Source: an uncultured Candidatus Binatia bacterium (GTDB lineage: Bacteria > Desulfobacterota > Binatia > UBA9968 > JAJDTQ01). From it: a stretch of DNA of 64,000 nt. Every line of letters starts with the position of its first letter. The first letter of the stretch is position 1. The notes below the pieces were generated by a model, which was not told where the DNA came from, searched no databases, and worked only from the letters and a program-made list of their open reading frames with translations. The DNA is taken from the NCBI GenBank assembly GCA_965213675.1, contig OZ243916.1, positions 2,752,001 to 2,816,000 of the forward strand, in the 5' to 3' direction. This document shows, piece by piece, positions 53,227 to 64,000 of this stretch. The position numbers were made by a program, and so were the translations under genes.

Positions 53227-55130
53227 TGGACGCCGCACCGGGACAGGACGAGAAAGCGTACCGGGCCTACGCCCATGCCGGCGCAGACCGGGACACCCTG
53301 CGCTTCATCACCTGCGGCAGCGTGGACGACGGCAAGTCCACGCTCATCGGCCGGCTCCTCTACGAATCCCGCCTGGTCTTCCAGGACCAGCTCGCCCGCC
53401 TGGAAGCCGACAGCAGGCGGCACGGCACCCAAGGCGACAACCTCGATATGGCGCTCCTGGTGGACGGCCTTCAGGCCGAAAGGGAACAGGGCATCACCAT
53501 CGACGTCGCCTACCGCATGTTCTCCACCGACCGGCGCGCCTTCATCGTCTCCGACACACCCGGGCACGAGCAGTACACCCGCAACATGGCCACTGGCGCC
53601 TCCAACGCCGACCTGGCGGTGGTGCTGGTCGACGCCCGCAAGGGGGTCCTGCCCCAGACCTGCCGGCACACCACCATCCTCGCGCTGCTGGGGATACGGC
53701 ACGTGATCGTGGCCATCAACAAGATGGACCTGGTGGACTGGCGCCGGGACGTCTTCAACGACATCGTCGAGGCGTACGGCGATTTCGCCCAGCGTCTCGA
53801 CCTCACCGGCATCACCTGCATTCCGCTGTCGGCCCTCACCGGCGACAACGTCACCCGGCCATCCGCCGCCATGGACTGGTACGACGGGCCGACGCTGCTC
53901 CGGGCGCTGGAGGAGGCCGACGTTTCCGCTGGGGGGGCGGCGCCCTTCCGCATGCCGGTGCAGTGGGTGAACCGGCCCCACGCCGGGTTCCGCGGGTTCG
54001 CTGGTACCATCGTCTCCGGCCTCGTGCATCCGGGCGACCCCGTGCGGGCGTGTCCCTCGAACAGGACCTCCACGGTGCAGCGCATCGTCGGACCCGCCGG
54101 CGACCTCCATCAGGCCGGGGCCGGCCAGGCCGTGACCCTCACCCTCGCCGACGAAATCGACGTGAGCCGCGGCGACATCCTCGCCTCCGCCGCGGAGCCG
54201 CCGAGCCTGAGCGATCAGTTCGCCTGTCACATCGTGTGGATGCACGAGAACCCGCTGCTGCCCGAACGCCCCTACCTGCTGAAGATCGGCGCGCGCCTGA
54301 CCGGGGCGCAGATCACCGCCATCAAGTACAAGCTCAACGTCAACAACCTGGAGCACAGCGCCGCCAGAACGCTCGAACTCAACGACATCGCCTGCTGCAA
54401 CATCGGCCTCGACCGGCAGATCGCCTTCGACCCCTATCGAGAGATACGGGAGACCGGCGGCTTCATCCTCATCGACCGTTACACCCATGACACGGTGGGC
54501 GCGGGCATGATCGATTTCGGCCTGTGGCGCGGTTCCAACCTGACGCTCCACCCGCTCGCCATCGACAAGCCGGCGCGGGCGGCGCAGAAGAACCAGAAGG
54601 CCTGCGTGCTGTGGCTCACCGGCCTGTCCGGCGCCGGCAAGTCGGTCACCGCCAACGCCGTGGAGCGGCGCCTCCACGCTCTCGGCCGCCACAGCTACAC
54701 CCTCGACGGCGACAACCTGCGCCACGGCCTCACCCGGGACCTGGGCTTCGCCGCCGCCGACCGGGTGGAGAACGTGCGCCGCATCGCCGAGGTCGCGCGG
54801 CTGTTCGTGGACGCCGGGCTTATCGTCCTGGTCTCGGTCATTTCGCCCTTCCGCGCCGAGCGCCGCATGGCGCGGGAGATGATGGAGGAGGCGGAGTTCA
54901 TCGAGATTTTCGTCGACTGCCCCATGGAGGTGTGCGAACAGCGCGACCCCAAGGGCCTCTACCGCAAGGCCCGCGCCGGCGAGATTCGGAACTTCACCGG
55001 CGTCGACAGCGCCTACGAGCCGCCGGAGAACCCGGAGCTGGTGCTGCGCACCGCCGAACGGAGCATCGACGAGGCCGCCGATGAGGTCATGCGCTACCTC
55101 CAATCCAGGGAAGGCCCGGAGTCGCATTGA
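53226..55130 (+). CDS. cysNC: bifunctional sulfate adenylyltransferase subunit 1 / APS kinase (CysNC/NodQ-like)
   Basis: [18 protein letters not shown]; C-terminal [22 protein letters not shown]. Confidence 0.95.
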   Translation: MDAAPGQDEKAYRAYAHAGADRDTLRFITCGSVDDGKSTLIGRLLYESRLVFQDQLARLEADSRRHGTQGDNLDMALLVDGLQAEREQGITIDVAYRMFSTDRRAFIVSDTPGHEQYTRNMATGASNADLAVVLVDARKGVLPQTCRHTTILALLGIRHVIVAINKMDLVDWRRDVFNDIVEAYGDFAQRLDLTGITCIPLSALTGDNVTRPSAAMDWYDGPTLLRALEEADVSAGGAAPFRMPVQWVNRPHAGFRGFAGTIVSGLVHPGDPVRACPSNRTSTVQRIVGPAGDLHQAGAGQAVTLTLADEIDVSRGDILASAAEPPSLSDQFACHIVWMHENPLLPERPYLLKIGARLTGAQITAIKYKLNVNNLEHSAARTLELNDIACCNIGLDRQIAFDPYREIRETGGFILIDRYTHDTVGAGMIDFGLWRGSNLTLHPLAIDKPARAAQKNQKACVLWLTGLSGAGKSVTANAVERRLHALGRHSYTLDGDNLRHGLTRDLGFAAADRVENVRRIAEVARLFVDAGLIVLVSVISPFRAERRMAREMMEEAEFIEIFVDCPMEVCEQRDPKGLYRKARAGEIRNFTGVDSAYEPPENPELVLRTAERSIDEAADEVMRYLQSREGPESH

Positions 55131-55146
55131 ACAAAGACGAACAGCC

Positions 55147-56322
55147 ATGAGCATGACGATTCCCCCCGTGTATGAGGCGGGCTACGAACGAGCGCGGAAG
55201 CTCAATCCCGAACTGGCTGCCCGCTACATCGCCTACACCACCCAGACCGATCCGGCCGCCGACGCCGTCATCGAATCGCTGGCTTCCTGCGACCATGGAC
55301 AATTGCACGAGTTCATCAAGGCCGGCATGGATCGCGACGAAGAGATCCTCGATCGCGCGCCGGCGCGGTTGCGCGAGTTCTTTGACGACATCGAGCCCGT
55401 GCCGGAATGGTTCGACCCGGCGGTGGTGGTTCCCGGCTGCACCGCCTTTCACCGCTACTCCGATCTCTTCATACCGGCGTTCTTCGTCTCCACACTGCAA
55501 AACGCCTCCACCCTCATCGCCAAGGCGTTCCACGCCAGCGGCCGGGTGATGAGCGGTTCCGGCCCGCGCCGCATCCGGCAGAACACCCGGCATTTCATCG
55601 AGATCATGCTACCGGGGGCCATGGAGCGGCACGGCGACGGCTGGAAGCTTTCGGTCCGCATCCGGCTGGTGCACGCGCAGCTCCGGCGGCTGATCCGCGT
55701 CGAGGGCAACTGGGACGAATCGGTCTTCGGCGTGCCCTTGAGCCAGGCGCACATGGCGCTGGCGTCGGCCAACTTCTCAGCCACCATGCTGCAGCACGCC
55801 CGAAGCCTCGGGGCCGTGATGGACGACGAAGTCCGCAACGGCTTCATGCAGATCTGGCGCTACGCTTCATGGCTCATCGGCACGCCGCCGGAGCTTCTGT
55901 TCGAGGGCGACGAGCCCAAGACCAACGAGCTGTCCCGCATCGCGCACCTGTGCGAGCCGCCGCCGGGCGAGGAGTCCCGCGTCATCGCCAGTGCGCTGAT
56001 TCAGGCCCTGCCCATCATCGCCGGCAAGACCGCTGCGGACGACGCACGGACGATGGTGGAACATGCCTACCGGGTCTCGCGCGCGCTCCTGGGCCACGAG
56101 CTTGCCGACAAGCTCGCGTTCCCAAGCCAAACCACTGCCGGGCTGCTCCCCTGGATGCGCTTGCAGCGACGCGCCCACGGACTCTCGCACACGCTGGCGC
56201 CGCGGGTGGCCGACAAGTGGCGCGGCAACAACCTCGCCTTCCTGCTGGAGGCATCGATGCTCGACGACCTGAGCTACCGCATACCGGATCACCTGAAAAC
56301 GGAGCATACGACACCGTGGTGA
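55147..56322 (+). CDS. MpaB/Lcp (DUF2236, rubber-oxygenase-like) heme oxygenase family protein
   Basis: DPAADAVI, PEWFDP, RIRQNT, VRIRLVHAQLR, WDESVFGVPLSQ, WRYASWLIG. Confidence 0.8.
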   Translation: MSMTIPPVYEAGYERARKLNPELAARYIAYTTQTDPAADAVIESLASCDHGQLHEFIKAGMDRDEEILDRAPARLREFFDDIEPVPEWFDPAVVVPGCTAFHRYSDLFIPAFFVSTLQNASTLIAKAFHASGRVMSGSGPRRIRQNTRHFIEIMLPGAMERHGDGWKLSVRIRLVHAQLRRLIRVEGNWDESVFGVPLSQAHMALASANFSATMLQHARSLGAVMDDEVRNGFMQIWRYASWLIGTPPELLFEGDEPKTNELSRIAHLCEPPPGEESRVIASALIQALPIIAGKTAADDARTMVEHAYRVSRALLGHELADKLAFPSQTTAGLLPWMRLQRRAHGLSHTLAPRVADKWRGNNLAFLLEASMLDDLSYRIPDHLKTEHTTPW

Positions 56323-57365
56323 ACGGCCCGTCCGCGGTCACCATTCCGCCCGTCTTCGTCTTGGGCACGGGCCGGTGCGGCTCCACCATGGTGTCGGATC
56401 TGCTGAACCGGCACCCGCGGGTGCTGAGCCTGTCGGAGTTCATCAGCTACATTGGCGTGCGCTCCTTCGCCCGGCACCGTCCCGACGGGGAGTGGATGTG
56501 GGACCGCTTCAGCGTGCAGAAGCACCGGACGCGGCTCATGTTGCGGGGACGCTACGACGAGCTGCTGTACCCGCTTGACGACCCCGGAGCGCGTTATTCC
56601 GAGCACGACGTGCCGCCGATTCTCTGCGCCACCCTGCCGCACCTGACCGGCCAATACGAGGAGTTGTTCGACGAACTCGGGCCGGTGGTGCGGGCACAGC
56701 CGCGGCAGCCGCCGCGGGAACATATGCGCTCTCTTTTCCATTGGCTGTGCCGGCGGTTCGGCTGCTCCACGTGGGTGGAACGCTCGGGCGCGTCGCTCCT
56801 GTACGCCGCGCGGCTCTTGCGGGAGTTTCCCGAGGCGCGGATGATCCACGTCTACCGCGACGGGCGCGAAACCGCCCTGTCCATGAGCCGCCACTACCTC
56901 TTTCGCCTGGTCGCCGCCCACATGCTGGCCATGCGCTCCTACGGGTTCGACGCCATCAACTCCCTGGCGCGGGGCGGTCTGTGGGAGAGGCTGAGCTTCC
57001 GGTTGGAACCGTTGGCGCGTTGGTTGCTGGACCCCAGGAGGCTTCCGTATGAGCAACTGTCGCTTCCGTATTTCGGCAGGTTCTGGAGCGCCATGGTGGA
57101 GCGGGGCGAGCGCATGCTCGATCGGTTGCCCCCGGAAAAGGTTCTGCACCTGAGGTTCGAGGACATGCAGGCCAACCCCGACCAGGAGAACCGCCGGCTG
57201 ATCCGGTTCATCGATCCGTCTCTCGAAGACGAGTCATGGCTGCGGGAGGTGTCCGGCATCCCGCGGCCAACGCCATCCCGGTTCGCGCAGCTGAACCCCG
57301 CCGAACAGGCGGCGCTCAACGAGACGTGCCGCCCGGGGCTTGAGTGCCTCGGTTATCCAGTGTGA
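56319..57365 (+). CDS. PAPS-dependent sulfotransferase
   Basis: GTGRCGST (5'-PSB), IHVYRDGRETALS (3'-PB), LRFED; GTGA overlap with the oxygenase. Confidence 0.85.
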   Translation: MNGPSAVTIPPVFVLGTGRCGSTMVSDLLNRHPRVLSLSEFISYIGVRSFARHRPDGEWMWDRFSVQKHRTRLMLRGRYDELLYPLDDPGARYSEHDVPPILCATLPHLTGQYEELFDELGPVVRAQPRQPPREHMRSLFHWLCRRFGCSTWVERSGASLLYAARLLREFPEARMIHVYRDGRETALSMSRHYLFRLVAAHMLAMRSYGFDAINSLARGGLWERLSFRLEPLARWLLDPRRLPYEQLSLPYFGRFWSAMVERGERMLDRLPPEKVLHLRFEDMQANPDQENRRLIRFIDPSLEDESWLREVSGIPRPTPSRFAQLNPAEQAALNETCRPGLECLGYPV

Positions 57366-58804
57366 AACCGCGTGGATGTTGGATGCGCTGGGCGCGGTTT
57401 GCGCCGTAGAATAAGCTCACGCTCCATGGCGGCGTCCTGCGGCGCGGGCCGGCGGCGCTCGTGGACGGTGCACGGCAGTCCGTTGCGGCAGCGGTAGATT
57501 CCCATGGTGATCACTTCGGGGTGCTGTTCCGAGATCACTTCCACGCGCCAGCGCTGGGTGATGGCCGCCAGCGCAATGACCGACTCCATCCTTGCGAACG
57601 CTGCGCCGATGCAGGTGCGCAGGCCGCTGCCGAAGGGAACGTAGGCGTGCGGGGGATGTTGCGCCTGGCGGTTTGCCAGCCAACGATCCGGCCGGAACGC
57701 CGCGGCCTCGGGGAAATACTTCTCTTCTCGCTGGGGGATGCGCCAGCACGGCTGCACGACGGTTCCCCGGGGAATCCGGTAGCCGCCCAGGACCGTGTCC
57801 TCGATGGCCGTACGCCCGACGATATAGGTGGGCGGAGCCACCCGGAGGACCTCATCGAAGACCGCGCGCGTGTAGGGCAGCCGGTCGCAATCGTCCATGG
57901 CCGGCGGCTCCCCACCCAGCACCTGATCCACCTCCGCCTCCAGCCGCTCGCGCACCCGCGGATTGCGGCTGAGATAGTAGAAGCACCACGTCAGGGCGTT
58001 GGCCGACGTTTCATGGCCCGCCAGGATCATGGCAAGCGACTCGTCCCGCACCTCCCCGTCGCTGAGGGCGCGGTGGACGCCGTCTTCGTCCTCGGCGTGG
58101 ACCAGCCACCAGATCAGCTCGGTGCGCTCCTGCTCGTGGGCATGGGCGTCTCGAATCACCGCGTGGATCACCCGGTCCATGGCCTCGACGGCGTGGTCGC
58201 GCTGCCGGTTCCTGGCCAGCGGCAGGCGCGCCACGAGATCGCCCAACGGGAGAAGAGTCAGCACCATGCTCCAGCCCATGGCTGTCACGATGTCCTTGAC
58301 CAGCTTCGTATCCACGGCCAACCCGGGTCCGAAGAAGGTCCGGGTGATGATGTTCAGGGCCATCCGGTGCATGTGGCCGTCGATGTCGATGGTGTCTCCG
58401 TCGCGCCAGGCGCCACGGGCGCGGAGCGCCTCTTCGACCATGACCGCGGCGTAGCCGCTCATGGCCTTGCGCATGAAGGCCGGCTGGATCAGCTTTCGAA
58501 TGCGCCGGTGCTGTGCGCCGTCCGCCGTGATGGAGGTGGGATTGGCAAGGACGCGGGACTTCTTGAACATGGGCCCCTTCTCGAAGGAAGCCTGCTTCGA
58601 GATCAGCACCTCCTCGATGATGTCGGGGCTGTAGACGACGCAGATTCTCCGGGACAGGAGCCGGAAACACGCGATGTCCCCGTACTCTTCGTGCAACCGC
58701 TCGTAGAAGCCCAGTGGATTGCGCAGGCGTACGATCAGGTTCCCCACGCCGAGCCCGCCCGGCCCGGGCGGAAGCCCGGCAGCCTTCGAAGCGGGTTCAG
58801 CCAT
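57353..58804 (-). CDS. cytochrome P450
   Basis: AGHETS I-helix, EVLR, FRPDRW, FGSGLRTCIG heme cysteine. Confidence 0.95.
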   Translation of the reverse strand: MAEPASKAAGLPPGPGGLGVGNLIVRLRNPLGFYERLHEEYGDIACFRLLSRRICVVYSPDIIEEVLISKQASFEKGPMFKKSRVLANPTSITADGAQHRRIRKLIQPAFMRKAMSGYAAVMVEEALRARGAWRDGDTIDIDGHMHRMALNIITRTFFGPGLAVDTKLVKDIVTAMGWSMVLTLLPLGDLVARLPLARNRQRDHAVEAMDRVIHAVIRDAHAHEQERTELIWWLVHAEDEDGVHRALSDGEVRDESLAMILAGHETSANALTWCFYYLSRNPRVRERLEAEVDQVLGGEPPAMDDCDRLPYTRAVFDEVLRVAPPTYIVGRTAIEDTVLGGYRIPRGTVVQPCWRIPQREEKYFPEAAAFRPDRWLANRQAQHPPHAYVPFGSGLRTCIGAAFARMESVIALAAITQRWRVEVISEQHPEVITMGIYRCRNGLPCTVHERRRPAPQDAAMERELILRRKPRPAHPTSTRFHTG

Positions 58805-58941
58805 GGCGATCCATCCTGGCAGGCCGGCCGCACACCGCCGGCATGCGCCGGCTTCGCGCCCATGGCCGGCCTGCTCCGCATGAGGCGGGCGATCTCCCGC
58901 GCAGCCAACTCGTTCAGGCGCTCGTGGCCGGGTGTCGTCCC

Positions 58942-59808
58942 CTACCGGTCGTCATCCCAGCCGCCCCACCCGCGACGCCCGATGGCATAGGGGTTGGGGT
59001 GCGGCAGAATGAAGTATTCGGTGCTCTTGGGCAGCATCCGGCGCGTGAGCACGAGCCGGGAATCAGTGTGCCGCCGAACCGGATAGCGGCCGTCGAGGTG
59101 GGACGCGAAATATTCCGCCTGGCTCGGATCGTCGTAGTGCATGGGCAGCACGATGGGCGGTTTCACCTGCTCGATGACCTTGACGAGATCGCCGAAGCCC
59201 AGGTTGTTGCGCGCATCGATGGGGACCATCATGACGTCCACCCGGCGCAGGAGCTGCTGCTGCTTCTCGGTGAGCAGATGTCCGATGTTGCCCAGGTGGG
59301 CAAGGCAAAGGCTGCCCATCTCGAAGACGAAGATCGAGTTGGCGATGCGGGTGTAGTCGTAACTGCGGGCGCTGGGCAGGTTCACCACCACGATGTCCTT
59401 GACCTTGCGCCGCACCGGCTGCCAGCGCTGGTCCAGCGTGATGCCCCGCAGCACCAGCGGGTTGCCGCGCACCGCCTCCACGTTGTTGTGGGTGTAGTGG
59501 CCGTTGCTCACCGTCACGGCATCGGCCGTGATGCCGGGAGTCACGTCGAAGTTGGGGTCGGCCACCACCCGGGTGCCCGTGCCCGAACGGATGGCGAAGC
59601 TCGAATGGCCGAACCAGCGCAATTGGTATTGACCCAGGCCGATATCCGGCGTGGTCGACGCCAGCGCGTGAGCGCCCGTGACCCGCGCCAGCCGGGGACC
59701 CGCATCCAGGGAACGGACCAGGTTGGGATTGCAGATCGCGGCTGCCGTCCCCGGGCTCAAGCACACCGCCAGACCCAGCACGAGACTCAAAAGAAAAGCC
59801 CTTGACAT
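58942..59808 (-). CDS. exported MBL-fold metallo-hydrolase-like protein
   Basis: signal peptide, WFGHSSF, AHLGNIGH, LPMHY; metal motif degenerate (SNGHYTH). Confidence 0.75.
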   Translation of the reverse strand: MSRAFLLSLVLGLAVCLSPGTAAAICNPNLVRSLDAGPRLARVTGAHALASTTPDIGLGQYQLRWFGHSSFAIRSGTGTRVVADPNFDVTPGITADAVTVSNGHYTHNNVEAVRGNPLVLRGITLDQRWQPVRRKVKDIVVVNLPSARSYDYTRIANSIFVFEMGSLCLAHLGNIGHLLTEKQQQLLRRVDVMMVPIDARNNLGFGDLVKVIEQVKPPIVLPMHYDDPSQAEYFASHLDGRYPVRRHTDSRLVLTRRMLPKSTEYFILPHPNPYAIGRRGWGGWDDDR

Positions 59809-59848
59809 GGCTCCCTCCCGTGTCACCCGCGGCGGCAACGCCACGGCA

Positions 59849-60220
59849 TCATGAGCACGTCTCACACGTGCCGTAGAGAGAAAGCTGATGGGAGGTGACC
59901 CGGAAGCCCGTGTCGGGCGACAGGACCGGCGCCGCTTCCCTACGGCCGAGGGTTACATCATAGACCCTTCCGCAGGTTTCGCAAATGAAATGCGGGTGCT
60001 TGTCAAGGATGGGATCGAAGCGCTGGGTGCGGTCGATGTTGAGGATCTGGAGCTTTCCGTCCTCGGCCAGCTTGTGCAGATTCCGGTACACCGTGCCAAG
60101 GCTGATGCCGGGCATGTCCCTGCGCACCCGCTCGTAGAGTTGATCCGCGGTGGGGTGGGAGGTTTCGTCCTTGACGGCGTCCCAGATCGCTTCAAGCTGT
60201 CGCGTGCGTCTTGGGGACAT
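59849..60220 (-). CDS. Fur family regulator (PerR-like)
   Basis: HPTAD, SLGTVYRNL, HPHFICETCG, GTCETC. Confidence 0.85.
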   Translation of the reverse strand: MSPRRTRQLEAIWDAVKDETSHPTADQLYERVRRDMPGISLGTVYRNLHKLAEDGKLQILNIDRTQRFDPILDKHPHFICETCGRVYDVTLGRREAAPVLSPDTGFRVTSHQLSLYGTCETCS

Positions 60221-60241
60221 GGGCAATCCCACGGGACACTA

Positions 60242-60400
60242 GTGTGGTGTCTGGTTAATTCGCGTCATAATCTGCGGAGGATTTTTTGTCGTCGGCAAGG
60301 CGCGATGACGAGCAGTGGCGGGTACCACGCGAGGAAGAGCCACGCAGCCGACGGCGAATAAGACCCGCAGATTATGACGCGTATTAACCAGACACCACAC
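60242..60400 (+). mobile_element. MITE copy 4
   Basis: 159 bp in CTAG context; overlaps the DUF3501 TAG stop and lies 21 nt before the Fur-family start. Confidence 0.9.
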
Positions 60401-60972
60401 TAGTCCAGGTCCTTGAGCAACTCCGCCCTGGCGGCGTCGGTCAGCACCGTCTCAGCGTGGTAGTTCTCGTGGTCCACCACGATCCGCGCCTCCGACCCGC
60501 GCATTGCCTCCGCCTCCTCGGGCGCGACACGGAAGGTGATGTACTGCACCGCGCTGATCTTGTCTTCCTTGCTGTGGCCTTCCTCGAAACTGGCGCGTAT
60601 CGAGTGGTCGGCGCCGATGCACAGGAACACCCGTTCGTCGATGCCGAGGAACTTCAACAGCTCCTCGCGCAGGTTGGTCTGGTCCTCGATCTCCAGAAAC
60701 AGCGTCGCGCGCAGTTCCCCGGCATTGGGAATGAACGCGTTGTAGACGTCGATCTCCTCGCGGATCCGGTCCAGGTCGCGGATGCTCTCCGCCCGCAGCA
60801 TCTCCTGTATCTGGAAGATCACCGTGGCCCGGTTCTCGAAAACCAGCGAGACCTTCTCGCCCACCGACACCCGGCGGCGCTTCTTGAGATCGATGATTTC
60901 GCGCCGGAAAGCGTCGCGTTTCTGCTCGTAGGCGTTGCCGCCGACGATATCGTTCAGCGTGACCTTTTCCAT
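60400..60972 (-). CDS. DUF3501 family protein
   Basis: KKRRRVSVG...[18 protein letters not shown]...ATLFLEI...SAVQY; next to rubrerythrin. Confidence 0.85.
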   Translation of the reverse strand: MEKVTLNDIVGGNAYEQKRDAFRREIIDLKKRRRVSVGEKVSLVFENRATVIFQIQEMLRAESIRDLDRIREEIDVYNAFIPNAGELRATLFLEIEDQTNLREELLKFLGIDERVFLCIGADHSIRASFEEGHSKEDKISAVQYITFRVAPEEAEAMRGSEARIVVDHENYHAETVLTDAARAELLKDLD

Positions 60973-61104
60973 GCTACCCAAGCGAATCCTTCCCGCCCGC
61001 GGGCACGGAAAGGCTAACAGAGAGCGACCGCGGGTTGCCCCGACGGCTCTCCCAGCCCGCAGGCGCGGGCGGGGAGAGCGGCGATGCAACGGACGGAACG
61101 CGGA

Positions 61105-61548
<444 letters not shown>

Positions 61549-61562
61549 AGGTGCCTCCTTGT

Positions 61563-61583
61563 TGGTAATGGTTTTCATTACTA
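61563..61583 (-). promoter_or_regulatory. Fur/Per box-like operator
   Basis: TAGTAATGAAAACCATTACCA inverted repeat resembling GATAATGATAATCATTATC, upstream of rbr. Confidence 0.7.
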
Positions 61584-61755
61584 GCCTACCGCATCCCCGG
61601 CGTCAACCGCGGGGGATGCGCCGAGACGCGAAGGAATGCCGCCTGGGCCGGATCGTCCGCGCCGTGATTCTCGCAACCGCCCTGCCGTCCGGGCGGTGCC
61701 TGGAGCGGCGCCATTGGCTTGGCCCCGCAGGGTTTGTTATTCTCCTCTAAACCTC

Positions 61756-62085
61756 ATGGACACGACCATCACCATTGACGACTTTCGCGCCCTGGATCTG
61801 CGCGTGGGCACGGTGACCGGCGCCGAGCCCCATCCCAACGCCGACCGGCTGCTGGTGCTCCAGGTGGATCTGGGTTCGGAGAAGCGCCAACTCGTGGCCG
61901 GCATTCGCGGCCACTACAGCCCTGAAGCGTTGATTGGCCGGCAACTGGTGGTGGTGGCCAACCTCAAGCCCGCGAAGCTGAGAGGCGTCGAAAGCCAAGG
62001 CATGATCCTGGCCGCATCCACCGACGATCAGCTCGTCATCCTGACGCCGGAGCAGCGCATCACGCCCGGCGCCAAGGTTTCCTGA
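61756..62085 (+). CDS. tRNA-binding OB-fold protein (MetG C-terminal/CsaA-like)
   Basis: DFRALDLRVG, HPNADRL, ANLKPAKLRGVESQGMILA. Confidence 0.9.
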   Translation: MDTTITIDDFRALDLRVGTVTGAEPHPNADRLLVLQVDLGSEKRQLVAGIRGHYSPEALIGRQLVVVANLKPAKLRGVESQGMILAASTDDQLVILTPEQRITPGAKVS

Positions 62086-62094
62086 CACGCACGC

Positions 62095-63225
62095 GTGTCT
62101 TCCCTCCACAAAGCCGCGGGGACCTGCTGTGTGGTGGACCCATCGGCCCTGCGCGCGAACCTCGACACGGCGCGCCGCCTGGCAGGCCCGGACGTCGCGG
62201 TACTTGCCGTCGTGAAGGCGGATGCCTACGGGCACGGCGACATCGCAACGGCCCGGGTCCTGTGTGCGGCAGGCGTGCGCCATCTCGGGGTCGCGGACGC
62301 CGCGGAAGGCGTGCGCCTGCGCGAGGCCGGCATCGACGCCGCCATCGTCGTCCTGGGAAGCATCCATCCCGAGGACGTCGCCGCGCTGGTACGGCATTCC
62401 CTGACTTCGGTAGTGCCGGGTCTCGACCTCCTGGGCCATCTTGACGCCTACGGCGTGAAGCACGGGATCGAGATCCCCTGCCACCTCAAGGTGGACACCG
62501 GCATGGGGCGGCTGGGACTTCTGCCTGCGGACATCGACCAATGGCTGCCCGCGCTGGAGAGGCTCCGAGCCGTCCGGCTCAAGGGCGTCCTGTCCCACTT
62601 CTCCACAGCCGAGGAACCGGAATCGCCGTCCTGCCTCAGGCAACTCGGCGCCTTCGGGCAGACCCTGGAACGCATGCGCGCCGCGGGGCGCCGGCCCGCG
62701 CTGGCGCATATGGCCAACAGCGCCGCCGTCATGGGTCTGCCTGACGCCCGTTTCGACATGATTCGCCCCGGCGGCATGCTCTACGGTCTCTACTCGCATC
62801 CGCCGCTGGCGCAACGCGTACGGCTGGCGCCGGCGCTCACGTGGAAGACCCGGGTGCTGCAACTCAAGACGCTGCCGAAGCACGCGCCCGTGAGCTACGG
62901 CGGCACCTTCGTCACCCGGCGCAGGAGCGTCATCGCGACCCTGCCCGTGGGCTACGCCGACGGCTACAAGCGCGCTCTGTCCAACAAGGCCGCGGTGCTC
63001 ATCCGGGGCCGCCGGGCTCCAGTGGTGGGCCGCGTCACCATGGATCTGACCATGGCGGACGTGACCGACATCGCCGGCGTGGAGCCGGGCGACGAGGTGG
63101 TATTGCTGGGAAGGCAAGGCGACGAGGCCGTCTCGGCAGAAGAGATGGCATCCTGGGCGGATACCATCTCCTACGAGATCCTCACATCCATCAGCCCGCG
63201 CATTCCGCGTCGCTATTGTCATTGA
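62095..63225 (+). CDS. alr: alanine racemase
   Basis: AVVKADAYGHG, HLKVDTGMGRLG, VGYADG, GRVTMD, TISYEI. Confidence 0.95.
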   Translation: MSSLHKAAGTCCVVDPSALRANLDTARRLAGPDVAVLAVVKADAYGHGDIATARVLCAAGVRHLGVADAAEGVRLREAGIDAAIVVLGSIHPEDVAALVRHSLTSVVPGLDLLGHLDAYGVKHGIEIPCHLKVDTGMGRLGLLPADIDQWLPALERLRAVRLKGVLSHFSTAEEPESPSCLRQLGAFGQTLERMRAAGRRPALAHMANSAAVMGLPDARFDMIRPGGMLYGLYSHPPLAQRVRLAPALTWKTRVLQLKTLPKHAPVSYGGTFVTRRRSVIATLPVGYADGYKRALSNKAAVLIRGRRAPVVGRVTMDLTMADVTDIAGVEPGDEVVLLGRQGDEAVSAEEMASWADTISYEILTSISPRIPRRYCH

Positions 63226-63439
63226 CCAGGGCCGGGCGCACCCGCGGTCTTCAACTCGGTCCGACTCGATCCGCATGGGATCGGATCCACCCATGGCTGG
63301 AACCGGTCGTGTCGCGACACGCGTTGCCCAAACCCGAGCGGTTGCGCTATGACACATGGACCGTCGCGGACTCCGCAACCCGCTGGGCAAGGGCTTCGCG
63401 TCATCCGGAACATCCGCAACAGGGAGGAACAGGGCACTC

Positions 63440-64000
<561 letters not shown>

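Noticed and set aside
58805-58941. Possible gene remnant (GHERLNELAAREIARL) upstream of the P450
   Set aside because: Too short to assign to a family by eye
63226-63439. ZTP (pfl) riboswitch upstream of purH
   Set aside because: Only a loose CCGCTGGGCA resemblance; the conserved 5' GACTGGCG element was not found. An Rfam scan would be needed

Overview
GC-rich bacterial chromosomal window. The gene mix (expanded amidohydrolases, LLM oxidoreductases, xanthine-dehydrogenase-family molybdoenzymes, TAXI-TRAP) resembles Deltaproteobacteria/Binatota-type, possibly host-associated genomes; this is inference only. Housekeeping and metabolic genes include rnd, plsY, phhB, lhr, a KamA-like radical SAM enzyme, a rubrerythrin/DUF3501/Fur-family cluster, alr and a partial purH. 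An eroded accessory/defence region spans about 16.4-26.4 kb. It holds an XhoI/PaeR7I-like type II R-M pair, a minus-strand run of HsdS-like remnant, UDG-fold protein, frameshifted unknown protein, HEPN protein and Abi-like remnant, IS5/IS30/IS3 relics and two toxin-antitoxin modules. Other notable elements are a Fic gene bracketed by two matching AT-rich 11-6-11 palindromes and a cysD-cysNC-MpaB/Lcp-like oxygenase-sulfotransferase operon facing a cytochrome P450. The window also has four copies of a 158-159 bp Correia-like MITE (36-bp TIRs, TA duplication, two copies sitting on stop codons), two REP-like families, and many pseudogenes that appear to be made by internal deletion. No rRNA, tRNA or CRISPR array was seen. 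All family calls come from motif recognition by eye, not from database searches.
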